Below, one piece after another: positions 1 to 13,492 of a stretch of DNA of 46,880 nucleotides (position 1 is its first letter; each line of letters opens with the position of its first letter). The position numbers and the translations under genes are program-made. Source of the stretch: Parasitella parasitica NRRL 2501. Its lineage: Eukaryota > Fungi > Mucoromycota. The DNA lies in the NCBI GenBank assembly GCA_025201805.1, contig MU619372.1:29987-76866 (forward strand). Direction: 5' to 3'. The notes under the pieces are model-generated. The model was given only the letters and a program-made list of their open reading frames with translations, had not been told where the DNA came from and did not search any database.

Positions 1-1101
1 TATATATTTAGAAAGTAATCTATGCAGATAAGAACGCATAATGATGTTTTTATTGAAATCTAGAAAGTTTTCAGCAAAAACCACAAATTTAATCGCTGAT
101 AGGCTACGATAAAGTAGCCATTTTGAAATTTACATAATATCTCTCTTCAAGACTATATTCTTTTTTTTCAGATTTCTCCATTATGAATACTATTAAATCG
201 CCATATTTAACATAGATTTTTCATACGAAATTATACCACAGTATTGTTACAGCAGGTCTTATTTATATATGACCAGTTAATCATTATTATGAAAGCTTCA
301 TTTATTCATTCTCAAGTCTCTTCGTAATTTAGGATGAGATGTATGGTTAATTATATTTATTGTTAAACTACGAACATTGCAACATTTAACATTATTTCCG
401 AGCCATTAACGATTGCCATGACAACGTAATCAAACTAATGATAGTACCCACTGTATTCTATGAATAAATACAACAATATAGTAGCTTGTATTATCTAATG
501 TTCTATTGAATATTTTCCTAAGCGCATCACGTCATTCAAATTAGACAGGAGAGATATACAACTCGTACTTCTTGTTTTTATCATGGTACTTTACAATGCC
601 TTTTCAGCCTTGGCTTTTTGCTGTAAAAGCCCATCAATTTTATGAAAATTTGAAAGGATTGAGGTATTTGTGCTCAATGTGTGCGAAACTGGTATAGATG
701 TTCACCACCTAGTTGTCGATAAAATATTTTGACATTACACTGTGATACTACCTCAAACAGCCCTAATTAAGTAGGGTCATATTGCACGTCGTTGAGCTTC
801 AAAGGTCAAAGCATTTTAAACTTTAGATAATTAAAAAAGACTGCATGGTTGACCCATTCACGAAAATCTGTGTAGGTTTCTCTAAAAATCTACAGATTTC
901 ATTTTTTGCTGCTATTTGTGTGGTAATACTATTTTTCCATGAAATTCGGTCAATCAGTGATTTTAGTTTCACATTAGGGTCTTGTTTATTCACCACTTGA
1001 CTAAATGCAGCTAATTACGTTGACATCAATCGGGGACCTCTTTTTAAATCAATCTATATAACAAAACAAGCTTTTCTTTACCCATTTTCACCCTTCACAA
1101 A

Positions 1102-2770
1102 ATGGTCTACGAATCAAAATATCCTGCCAAAAACATTCCTAAAGCTACTAGCGTTTATGATGTCTTATTCAACAACGATAATCAGGTTCCCAAGGACAAA
1201 CTTATTTACATTGATGTCGAAGACACAAGCAAACACTTGACGTATGGCCAAGTCGAAACGCAAATCCGTAAGGCTGCTGCAGGCTTTATGCGCGAATTCA
1301 ATTTGCAAAAAGGTGATGTTGTAGCCATTTGTTCTCCAAACCAAATAGACTACCCAATTGTTCTTCATGGTGCTGTTTGTGCTGGTGAGTTGTATGCAAT
1401 ATCTATTTTGGGTGTGATGTTGAACACGTCGAATTTTCATCGTAGGTGGCGCTGCTGCTGCTATCGATCAAATGTCTAGCGTTGATTTGATCGCTGCTGA
1501 TTTAGACATCGTGCAAGCTAAAATCTTGATTGTCCACTGGGATACACTTGAAAACTCTCTCGCAGCTGCCAAGATTGTGGGTCTTCCTGAATCCAACATC
1601 CTGGTCTTTGGTGATCTTGGCTTCAACAACGTCCGCACTGTAAATGAAACTATTTTGAAGGGGAATGAACTAGCTAAACCAGTGGAGTTTTCTGAACAAG
1701 AGATGATGAATAATCCTGCCTATCTTTATTTCACTTCTGGTACAACTGGTAGAAAGAAGGCTGTCATGATTACTCAAAACAACATTTTGAACAGCATGTT
1801 TCTGAAAGACGATTGGAGTATCGAAAACTTACATATCCTAGCATATACGGAATACCATCACGCCAGCTCTCTTTTTGTTGTTATGCATTTATCTCTTTAT
1901 CTTGGCTTTACCACATTTGTCATGGCTCATTATACATTCCCTAAACTGTGCGCCGCAATTGAGAAATTCAAGATCAAATTTATGGCCACGCAACCATTCA
2001 TTATTTCTGCTTTAGCAAAGGATGGCGTTGCCAATGAATACAATCTTTCTTCTCTCAAGTACGTTGTTTGCGGTGGGGCTCCTCTTGACAATTCAGTTAC
2101 GCTGACCGTTAAAAAACGTCTTGGTCTGTCGATTTTGAATGGTTATGGTATGACCGAAGTGCTCGGCTTATTTGATACAAATCCCGAAATCACTGAAGCT
2201 AATGGCATTGGTTATTTGGCTGCTGGTTTCTCTGCAAGATTAGTCGATGATGATGGAAACGATGTGCCAACTGGTGAAATGGGAGAGCTTTGGGTAAAAG
2301 GCCCTACTGTTGCTCGTGGTTACTATAGAAATCCCGAAGCAACCGCGGCTACATTTGACGCCGATGGTTATCTGCACACTGGTGACCTTTTCAAATGCGA
2401 TGAAAACGACGTATTCTTTTATGTCGATCGTTCCAAGGACTTGATCAAATATCATCTCTATCATATCTATCCTAGTGATATTGAAAATGTGTTGATGACA
2501 CATCCAAAAGTTGCCGATTGTGCTGCAATTGGCGTGTATTATCCTGAATTCACGACTGAGCTTCCTCGCGCTTATGTCCTTTTAGTAAATGGTGAAAAGT
2601 GCACCGAGCAAGTTGAAAGAGAACTTCGAGAATATGCTGATAGTCGCCTGGACAATGAGAAGCGTTTGCGTGGTGGCATTGTCATTGTTGATTCTTTCCC
2701 CCGGACCGCTTCTGGAAAGATTCAACGTCGTGTCCTTCGTCAAGAAGCCGAACGCAGTGTCCTGGCCTAA
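1102..2770 (+). CDS. 4-coumarate-CoA ligase-like AMP-binding acyl-CoA synthetase (2 exons; intron 1385-1445)
   Basis: ORFs 1102-1479 and 1472-2770 join through a GTGAGT...CGTAG intron. ANL adenylation motifs YFTSGTTGRKK, GYGMTE, GELWVKGP, YLHTGD, DRSKDLIK and PRTASGKIQRR are present. Confidence 0.9.
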
Positions 2771-4010
2771 ACTGTCAATCCTATATACCCCTTCCACATT
2801 TCATCAAAAAGTTATTTATGCATTATCGTTTTCACTACTCTTTTTAGATCAAAATTAAAAGCCCATTTTCTTATTTCAAAGCTGTTGCGGCTACTTTATA
2901 ACTAAGCACCGTGTTGATGATGATTGACAATTTTCTCTTCTGAAATACTCCTTGAAGGTCGACAATGTGCCAAACCCGGAAACAGTGGTCGCTTCCCCTC
3001 CCCCATCCTCCTTTTTTTTTAGCTGATATCCGCAAATGTAGCCCACTCTACAGGAGCAAGTCTTTTACTTGTACAACCCAGAAACTCATCTTGTCAAAAT
3101 CACTCAAGTTATAGATTATGTTTGTCTGTCAAGACAATAATTTTTAGATTATTTTGTGTCTTCCACGAGGAACCTTACGCTGATCGTTTATGATGGTTAT
3201 GTATATATTCTATAAACACATTTCCAACTGACATGGAGCATTTTATATACGTTTAATTTTATATGATACGATCCAAAAGTCTTGCATTTTAAAATGACCA
3301 TATAGGAGAAAATGCCTATTTATCTGTAGAGCCTTACCTTTTTTTTTTTTTTTTAAGGGGCTTTCCATTTTTCAAAACAAATACATATCAAGTGTCCAGC
3401 TTTTTTTTAATTACACAGTGCTTATTTTTGCAACATTTGCCTTCATACTTTCTGATCGATTTTCATCTCTTCAAAATCATGTGCTGCATTAAAATAAACA
3501 TAAAATCATCCTGTCGTAAGAGCCGACCAGGGTTTTTAAATGTTTGTAATACTGTACGATAAAAGTACTAAATCCGCGATATCAAACTGTCGCCTACATA
3601 GTCCCCTCGTTGCATGTATACAAACAGGTTCCACCTTTTATATAAAACATGGGAATTAGAATGGTCTAAGGTAATTTGCCTAATTTAACGATAATCAAGG
3701 GGGGGGGGTTGAAAAAGTAGGAAGAAAAGGTTGGCATGCTTGATAAATATAGATGCTATATAGGACAACAGGTGCAAGCGAAATGTTTAAACTTCTTCTA
3801 ACCATGGTACCAACAACAAATAAGCGGCCAAAACTTGATATGGAGATTCGGTAATAGTATAGCATACGTAAACAGAAGCGCCTGGTTGCAAAAACATTGT
3901 GAATGGGGATACACAATTCGATATTTAGGTTTACCTCATCATAATGCTCAATTACGAAGCCTCCTTTAATTTACCTTTTTCTTTCTCTCTTTCTAGCCAT
4001 TTGGAACAAA

Positions 4011-5132
4011 ATGCCCTATACAAAGACATTTCATGGGTTTATCGAGAACACTACAGATGCATTGCTCATCATTGAGGCCTGTAGGGCTGGTATATTGCCA
4101 ACAATCAACCGAAGATTGATTGAGAGAGAGCGCCATTCAATCAAATCAGGAACAATCATTGTGTTTGATGAAACCGAATCTGGTATGCTCATAATGCCAT
4201 TAGTAAGTGTATGTACAAGATGATGACAGCTAACTATATAAACAGGCATCAAGCGATGGACAGATGGCTTTCTCTGGAGCCCATCTCGCATCCTGGGAAG
4301 CTTTTTGGTGTATAGGGAGCTTGAAAATCGAGAACACAGAAAAATCAACAATGACTATAACTATTCTGCAATTAAGAAAGGCAGTAGCAATATCACAAAC
4401 GAGACAAACATATCCTTGATGCAACAAAGAGAGAGAGCGCTAGTGAGCTCATTAACAACTTCCAACACTACTTACAATTTTAAAAGGAATGGCTTGATCA
4501 AGAAAACAATTCGCATTATGGTGAATAACAACATCTTGCATATTGTCAACTACTACAGCAAGCCCGATGCACTAAATAACCTTTTAGTGACCCCTTCTGC
4601 CAGCACTGAACTTGCATGCTTACAGATCTCGGCTGATTTAATGCCACATTTACAGGGACACAATCCTCCAGAGGCTGCACACAGCAGAAAACGTAGTAGA
4701 TCATCAGATGAGTCGAACCACTCACAGCAAACGCGTCCTTATAGCAAGACATGTCGCAACTCTCTACACCCCGCTGCTCCAACTCTCTGCAAATCCACTC
4801 TGTCGTATCCTTTGTACAATCATATGAATAATAAATTGTCAACGTCACTTTTCTCAGAATCATCTGCGCCTTCATTCGACACAAGCCATTATCACTACAA
4901 TAGCAAACGCAGCAAAGCAAGCCAAGATACATTATTGCCCTCAACCACACCGTCGCCTCCTAACATTCTATCCTCGTGTGGTGATACAGCCTTATTAGCA
5001 AGTAAATTCAATCAATTTTATAACCCCTCAAGCCTGGCCATTTCTTTAAATCAAAGATCTATCAACAACAGTACTGCTAGTAACTTTGATAATACATTGC
5101 CACGTAGGACAACCGCATTCGACAACTATTGA
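4011..5132 (+). CDS. Gti1/Pac2 (WOPR-domain) transcription factor (intron 4183-4245)
   Basis: TFHGFIENTTDALLIIEAC...RRLIERER...IKSGTIIVFDETES splices to GIKRWTDGFLWSPSRILGSFLVYRE (WOPRa). GLIKKTI...HIVNYYS is WOPRb, followed by a Ser/Asn-rich tail. Confidence 0.92.
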
Positions 5133-5948
5133 GACATGAAATGTATAACCAAATCTCATTGCCTGCCTATTTTGCGTTGTACAAAATAAAGGGGCACATA
5201 CTAAAATACGGGGAAAAAAAAAAAAAATACTATGAAAACAAGTTTCTTTTTATAGTAAAAGCAGAGAGTGTTTGTATGAATTTTGGTCATTCTTTACAGT
5301 GTTTTGCAGTATAATTTTTTTTACACTTTTGGTGTCGAAAAACGGATTTTTATACAAATTTTGCACAATAGCAAACCTGAAAATAAGTTGCGCAAAAAAA
5401 AAAAAGTCTGACTTTTCATATCCTGCATGCTTGCACCTTAAAATAGGTGATCTATGTACCCTTAAAATCAACTTTGGATGTTGCTGATGTAGGCTGCAGT
5501 CCACTTCAAATAAATTCAAATGGTGACCAAACGTAGACATGGCTCCACATATCAAAGCTCTGCTGGTGATCCTGAGTGCAGGCAAAATGTTTTTTTTTTT
5601 TTTTTTTTTTTACAATACAATACAGCTGTTGGATGCTCCAGAATTTTCCAGCAATCCAACCAAACAAAACCAAGCATGACATAAATGTGCTTGATACGCG
5701 ATACATATTATGTACACGTACATTATATTACGAATGTCTAATAGCCACAGCATATACTACTCATCATTTGTTGTCAAAATATGAATAACTTTATATGTAT
5801 AATAAAAAGGGGGACATTTATGGGTTTTGATAGCATTTGGCGTGGTTTATGTGATTTGTTTTGTATGTAGTTTAAAGAAGATGTATAATATTAAGTAAAA
5901 AAATAAAACAAAAAGAAACGATTTTTTTTTTTTTCATATTAGACTCTT

Positions 5949-7041
5949 TTACTTGGATTCATCAGCAGGTTCAGGCTTGGCTTCATCTGTCTTATCAGCA
6001 TCTATTCAAAAATGGCATGTGAATACAACCATTAACTATTCAGCGAGGCCCAAGGTCCTCCTCGTGTAAAATCACACAACTTACCTTCTTGCAAATCAGA
6101 AGTCCACAAAGTAAGGTTATCTCTCAGCAATTGCATGATAAGAGTAGAGTCCTTGTAAGATTCCTCGGAGAGAGTATCGAGTTCGGCAATAGCGTCGTCG
6201 AAGGCTTGTTTGGCGAGGTGGCAAGCACGGTCAGGAGAGTTAAGGATTTCGTAGTAGAATACGGAAAAGTTGAGAGCGAGACCCAAGCGAATAGGATGAG
6301 TAGGGGCTAATTCGGTTTGAGCAATGTCTGTGGCAGACTTGTAAGCTTCATGAGCTTGGGTGGCAGACTCCTTACGGGCTTCGCTGGTGAGGAATTCAGC
6401 AAGATAACGGTGATAATCACCCATCATCTTGTAGTAAAAGACCTTGGATTCACCGCCTTGAGCATTGGGGATCAAGTCGTCGGACAAAACAGCTAAAATG
6501 TCCTTGCAGACATCTTGGAGCTCAGTCTCGATCTTTTTGCGGTAAGTCGTGATCTTTTCGACTTGAGCAGAGTTTCCCTTGCTTTCTTCCTTTTGCTCAA
6601 TAGATGAAACGATTCTCCAAGATGCACGGCGAGCACCGATAACGTTTTTGTAGGCGACAGACAAGAGATTACGTTCCTCAACAGTCAACTCAACACCCAT
6701 CTAGATAAATAAAAAAAGAAATTTTAAAATTCAAATTCGGATAATCAAATAAATCACGTTGTCGTTCCATCTCGTTCTATTTTGTTTGTAAGAGTTACCT
6801 TTGCGATTTCCTTGGTGTAGTTGACCATTTCTACAAAAAATGGTGGGGTTTTTTTTTTTTTTTTTTTTAGTATCGCATCACCTATTCAAAACACTCTGAA
6901 GAATGATTACCATCATAACGCTCGGCTTGTTCGGCAAGCTTGGCCATGTAGACGTTGTTTTCACGTTCCTAGAACGACGCACAAAGAAATGCGGTTAATA
7001 ACGTTCCAGAAACGCCGATAAATGATACTTACGGTGGACAT
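5949..7041 (-). CDS. 14-3-3 protein (exons 7041-7033, 6968-6911, 6830-6799, 6700-6085, 6001-5949)
   Basis: MST|[19 protein letters not shown]|EMVNY..., [39 protein letters not shown] and [14 protein letters not shown]; all junctions are GT-AG and in frame. Confidence 0.97.
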
Positions 7042-8967
7042 TTTTTAGGTATTTATTGAGATGGCAAGAGAAATATGTATATTAAAAGAAGAGAAAAAGA
7101 GAGAAAAAGGGGGAAAAAGAGATGCGAGCAAGGCCAAAAAAATATATAACAAAACTTCTGAGCTTGGGAGGCGTGAATCAAATCACGGAGTCCTATTCAC
7201 AATACGTCACCTGTATAACTGTTTCTAACATCTCGTTGCATCGAATCATGCTGAAAGATGCCAGCATCAGCCAATATGACGCTGAACGATGCCTTGTTTT
7301 ACACGCCAAGGTCTTTATCGATCGGGAATGACGCCTTGGACACTGTAGAAACTAGATTGAAATGAATCCAATGTGTGCTTGTTTGCTATTACTTTTTCGC
7401 ATATACTTCCAATTTCGGTAAGAGATAAAAGCATTCTATTGGTGATGTCCTCTTTGCCCCCCTTTTATCTAATGGCCTCTGGCTATTCCTTGCCTGAGAA
7501 AAAAGAAAAAAAGAAAGTTTAACCTGGGTCATTCGTGCAAACACACACACACACATACCTGATAAGAAAAATACTTTCGAGACCCCCCATTCATTACAGT
7601 GCCTAAAATACCGCTTTCCCATTTTAATGTGTAAGTTGCTCACGGTACCACTATTTATTGTGCAATAATATTGATAACTTGCTCCTATAAGTCGTGACAC
7701 ACTAAAGAGTACCTGCATTATATACATAATACATCCAAGCCCTCGATAGCCGGGATGATATCATTAAAGAGTGTCGACTGTATTATATGAAAAAAAAAAA
7801 GGTTCCCTATGGAGCATATGGTGATAGACCGTGTGTTCTGGGATACAGCAGGACGTCCGCAAAACTATTCTACTTTTATAGGAAAGCGATAAAAGACACG
7901 ATTATATTTTTATATAATACAGTTTAGGGGTCTCCCTTTTGCTGTATTTGTTAGCCAAACTTTATGTTTATTTTGTTGGTGTCATACTTGTTATTTGTGA
8001 TACAATTGTTTGATTCATGTTACTCGTATACACACGTTTGTGATGTGATTGATCAAACCATGTATCATCCACCTTTCTCCACGTACATATCACCAAACCA
8101 ATCTTCGACATTGATTATATGGCAATGTCACATTCATTGTTTGACTGAAATGCTACTGCACCCTTGCCTGCCTCTTATTAAAAACACACACACACACACA
8201 CAATCAAAGTGGCTCGAAGGTGGACAGAGCTTGGCAATCAAAAGATCCAGAATGTACGTTTAACCATACCAAAGTATAGGCAGCGAGTTTTCATGTTCTC
8301 GGCAGGCTATACATACAGGACGCAGTGCATGTGTCATCTGCCGAAGGATATACAATTCAAAGATTACAATCTATACTATATACATGCGATGGAAAGAATA
8401 AGTTACCAGCCAGCAGTGAATGACGCGTAAAACTGTATTCTCCTGGATCTTTTTAGCATACATTTGATACGTTTGTTGCAAGTCTTGTTTTCAATTAAAC
8501 GTTTACATGCAAAAACAACTGATTATGTTATGATTATCCTTGAGGCAGTTCCAAACCACGAATTCGAAAATAAACGCAAACATATACGACAAACCAAGAG
8601 AGTTTGGCCACAACCATCAAGTGATGCATAATATGCTACAATTTAGATTCAAATCGTACCTCAGGGTACCGCACCTCCAAATTGGTGATATGCAGCCTTC
8701 TCAGATTACTTGTTTTAAATGAAAATTCTCTCTTTGACAAGATCGTTTTTTGTGTAGTAGCAACGTCAAATCAAATGATATCGATGTTTAGCTGTTGCAC
8801 AAGTACCAGCCAACATACGGAATTCGGAACACTGATTCTTGCGCACATTATTGTAATATAAAAATCGACCTTTTTTTTTTTAATGGAAAAAAAAATAGCA
8901 CGGATAAAGGGATGCAGAGATCTCTTTTGTTTAATGTGTAGAAAAAAGCAAAAAGACTTGGACCGAT

Positions 8968-9703
8968 TTAACGGTAAGACTTTTGGAAACGAGCACGAGC
9001 ACCGGGACCACCAAACTTCTTGGGTTCACAACGACGGGGATCGGCTACGAGGAGAGTACGGTCATATTGGACAAGGATTTCCTTGATCTCCTTCTTGGCA
9101 GCCTCATCGACAAACTTTTGGTAGAAGGCAACAATGGCCTTGGCAAGAGCTTGACGGATGGCGTAAACTTGAGAAGTGTGACCACCACCGTTGACACGGA
9201 TTCTGATATCAGTGTTGGCGAAGCGTTCCTCACCCAAAAGAAGGATGACTTCGTAGACCTTGAACTTTAAAATCTCGGGTTCGAGGAGCTCAATGGGAGA
9301 GCCGTTGATGCGGATGAGACCGTGGCCACGCTTACAGTGAGCGACGGCAGTAGCGGTTTTCTAAGGATGTGATATGTCAACTTTCTTCTCTTCAAGAGCA
9401 GTAGCCGAAAGATGGATCAACAAAAACATTTGACACTACAAAACTATCGCCAATATTTCCAATCTTTTTATCCATGAAAAAAAAAAAAAAAAAATGTCGG
9501 TTTAACTCCAAAGCTCAAAGCACAAATAAATCAATCGACCCTCGTGCTTACATTTTACATCCAAGGCTGCATAGTTTGTGTGAATTGGTTGGTTCTCCAT
9601 GTTTGTCATGCCAATGTTTTGTTGCAATCCACTCTCTCTCTCTCCATCTACTTGATTTGGAACAGTTAATTACCTTACGACCGAATGTCTGAACAGCTTC
9701 CAT
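8968..9703 (-). CDS. RPS16: 40S ribosomal protein S16 (uS9); exons 9703-9674 and 9360-8968; probable 5'UTR intron 9903-9710
   Basis: [10 protein letters not shown]|[12 protein letters not shown]...[14 protein letters not shown]...[24 protein letters not shown]. Confidence 0.97.
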
Positions 9704-10369
9704 ACTAGGCTATACAGGAAAACACAAGAGAAAAAAAGTCAGTTACTAGGCTCCCGTCGAAACAACCATTATTCATCCATCCATCAAGTCATCCATCCCC
9801 AACACACATCTAAACTAAAGCTGTTGAATGTATATTATCGTTTATCGGTTTACAGTATATGCAAGCCATCCCACCATCCTTTATGCAGGCCCCGTTACAT
9901 TACCTAATGTGAAAAGGAGGATTTGATGTGTTGATGGCTTTGCCAGTGTTTTTGTGGAGATTTTAGATTTTCCAGTGCAGCTTACGGAAGTGTTGGTCTT
10001 TCCGGGCCGATCTTTTAATCATATGCGCCATTTTATGTCAAATAAAGGACCCAGGGCCTTGCGTTCAAAGAACACGAGAACAACTAAATCAAAATTCATA
10101 ATTTGCAGTTTAAAATGGGCAAAATTGCTAAAAAGCTGTATTGTGCATTGCTTGATGAGAAAATATCGCAATACTGTGCTTAATGGAGCCACTGTTTAAA
10201 ACGGCTGGCTATGCGGTATGTAAACAGCAAGCATTGATGGCAAAAATTGCGTTGTTATTATGATATAAATACACACATGTCTAGATATAAATAATCAAGG
10301 ACAAGTTAAATGGGAGTATGTACAGTAATAAATAAAGAGATATAGAGGCGGAAATACGGTTAAAACAAG

Positions 10370-12961
10370 TTAGAAATGAGGCACGTTGAAGGCTCGCATG
10401 GTCATGTTGACGATAGCAAATGTGCCCTCCCCAAGCACAAACCCACTTGCGACGACAACAATAAAGACTTTGCCGCCAACTGACCGATACGGCTCGATCC
10501 ATGCGCGAAGGCCGTGATGGCCTTGTTCGTGTTTGTACTTGGCTTCGTCGCAAAATTTGTTCCAGAAATGCACGGTGAGGCCGCCAATCACACGGGCCAG
10601 TGTGAAATTGGGTGGGTTGTACATGCCTATAGCAAAGGCGATGCCTTGGGGAATAAATCGGACCCATCCTTGCCTTTGACGATCGGGATATGCTTCTTTG
10701 ACCAGTACAAATGCTGCAAACAAGACAGCAAACGCAAACACAAATTCAAAAACGTGGGGAGGAAGAGGATGTCCATTGACAAGTCGGGACATGTCCAGCC
10801 AAACTTGGGCGGTAGGCACAGGGAACTCGGGGCCTGGAATATTGTATACAGCTCTATACAACAAATAGGCGCCTGTAGCAATAAACACGCTCACAAAAGA
10901 CCCGATCATTTGGCCATAGAATTGAGCCCTGGGTGAGGCGCCAAGTAGATGGCCTGTTTTGAGATCCTGCATCAAATCGCCTACAAATGAACAGTTTCAA
11001 TATACACACTTGCTTCTGATGAAACATGGAAATGCTCCATTTTTTATTTTTATTATTTTACCTGCTTGTTGTGCTCCTGCTTCCGCAATTCCACCGGCAA
11101 TCAAGTTGGCTACAATAGCACCGGGCATCAGAGTTGCAGTAATGCATTGGGATAGTTTACCAATGCCAGAGACAGGGTTCAAATCCGTCTCGCCCAAAGC
11201 ACGGACACCAAGAACACTCAGGAACATGGCAATCAGGATCGAAATAATTGTCATACCTATGGGCATGGCATCAGCACCAAAGACAGCGCGAACCATGGCA
11301 ACACACAGTATTGTAGATGCAATCAAGCCAATGGTAGCCAACTTTCCGGGGACTTGCTGGCTCAAAGGAGCATCCACTTCAACTATCTCCTCATGAAACA
11401 CTGGCTCAATCATCTCGTCTTGTACAGACTCAGCACCGTCACTAGTACTATTGTACGATCCTTCCTCCTGCATGCGGCGCATTGCCTTGACAGCAGCTCT
11501 AACAAAAACGACAATCAAAGACACGCAAGATTCAGCAATCATAACGCCCAGCGAGATCCACAAAATCCAGCCTTTGGAGCCAGTCTTCCAGTCATCTATT
11601 GGGCCGGGCGCCCAGCCTGCGTAGTACGCAACAGGTGATAACACACCCCATCCAACAACGCAGCCCAGCAGCATCGACAATGTAGTGGGCAAACCCATAA
11701 TAATGCCCTGTCCAATATAACTGAAGCTTGGCGTAAAGTACCATTGCCATGCATTGAAGTCGATCAGCTCAAAAGAGATCCAGTTGAAAATAGGAATAGC
11801 ATTGACAGCTGGTACAAAGTAGGAAGATAAAGTGTATAATGATGACACAGTGAATGAAGCTATCAGACCGCGCAGTTTCAAAGACCAGCTGTATTCAAAT
11901 GACTTTTGCACTTGCTCAGGTGCTTCGTCAGAGATAGCAGGCGCAGTGTAACTTTGCTGCTGCTGTTGCTGCTGCTCCTGCTCCTGCTCCTGCTCCTGCT
12001 GTTGTTGTTGTATCAATGGCTGCTGCTCCTCATTACTCTGGATTCTTCCAAGTCTTAATGTCGCTTTTCCCACTCTCCTGGTAATTGTGTGGTCGACCAA
12101 TGTAGGGTCTTTTCGCTGGTGAAGTAAGCTGATCATCTGAGCTGTAGCTGTGCCAGAAGGGAACTTGAGTCTCTCACGAATGATGGTCTCTTTACGCAAC
12201 GGAACGGCAAAAAACACACCGAAAAAGGCAACGCCAAGGGACCACAAAATCAACTGACGGCCGCTCAGTACTACTGCTCCGGAGGGATTATCGCTCGTTG
12301 TCATCAACTCCAATGCTGGAATCACACCCACAAAGCCTAACAAAGAAATATGCAAGGAATTGGCATACATGGCGCCTATTTNNNNNNNNNNNNNNNNNNN
12401 NNNNNNNNNNNNNNNNNNNNNNNNNNNNNNNNNNNNNNNNNNNNNNNNNNNNNNNNNNNNNNNNNNNNNNNNNNNNNTGCTGCCAAGGGCATAGTAGCGG
12501 TAGCCACAGCGGTAGTCTGCAATACCACATTTTCAATAGGCCCAAACTTGTGTTTCAGCATGTGTTGAAAAGGTTTGAACATGGCAAATCCCAGCAGCGA
12601 TGACTGCAAGGACATCATCGAGATCCATCCTGTTTGCAGGCCAAAGTACATGTTGGAGAAGCACATTAATGTGCCGATTAAAAGACCACAAGCTACTGCC
12701 CGAAACTGAAAAGTATCCCATTAGGCTTTTTCTTTTTTCCCCCCCCCTCCATGATAGCAGTGGGTTAACTTACTGTGAAATGATTTTCGTCATCTTCTTG
12801 TTGTGCTTGTAGAGTTTCATTGTTGCTTCTTTGCTGGAAAACAGTCGGATCTACGTAAACAAAAAATATGTTTGATTCTCGTAATACACTCGCAGAAAAA
12901 AAAAAGCGTTACTTTGGAATGAGCAGATCCCATTTTCTGTGCAATTGGCATCTTTGGTCAT
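10370..12961 (-). CDS. OPT-family oligopeptide transporter (YSL-like branch), multi-exon, interrupted by an assembly gap
   Basis: The spliced model reads MTKDANC...HFT|FRAVACGLLIGTLMCFSNMYFGLQTGW, ENVVLQT, LKFPSGTATA, ALGETDLNPVSGIGKLSQ, DLMQDLKTGHLLGASPRAQF and ASGFVLGEG. The start exon (12961-12913) is inferred from intron phase. Confidence 0.9.
12382..12477. other. Assembly gap (96 N) covering an exon/intron junction of the OPT gene
   Basis: Run of N. The coding frame stops at MPLAA before the gap and resumes at GFVGVIPAL after an AG acceptor. Confidence 0.99.
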
Positions 12962-13492
12962 TACGAGGATGATGATTCGATGTAGTGTGAGACCAAAAGA
13001 GTAAGGAAATGTAAAGCAGAATTTGGCCCTTTTTATATGATTTCTAAATTTTAAGGCGATGACGATTATTTTGCTGTTTCCATTGGCTAGGCATGTAGCG
13101 CGAAAGCTGCTCATTGGATCACGCAAAAAAGTTGCATTTATAAGCAAAGTTGTCTTGAAGCCGTTCACTTGGCATCATTGACGACGCTCGTCTCGATGTT
13201 TTGCATAATAAAAATGTAAATGTATCAATATAGCCGCTCTTTCTTGTAGCTTGTCTACGGCTTCGTGGGACCGTTATCTCATTACTCCTGTATATATAGT
13301 GCCATTCATTCAAGAGCAGCTGCCAAATGTTTGCTGCTTTTCAACTGCCAAACCAAGTCCGTAAGTCACCTTCCGGGGGGTGGGGGAAGGGCATGTATGG
13401 CAGTGGCTTCGCAGGGATATAATTCAACAAAAAACAACGAGGAGAATGGAATCAATAAGCTTCCTTCAACCCCCCCCCCTGAACATTTAAAC

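Noticed and set aside
2768-2905. Stop-codon readthrough or alternative splicing giving a PTS1 on the 4CL-like protein
   Set aside because: The readthrough frame contains SKL twice but only internally and ends ...LLYN*. The stop context TAA-A is not a readthrough motif, and the splice options I tried did not end in SKL.
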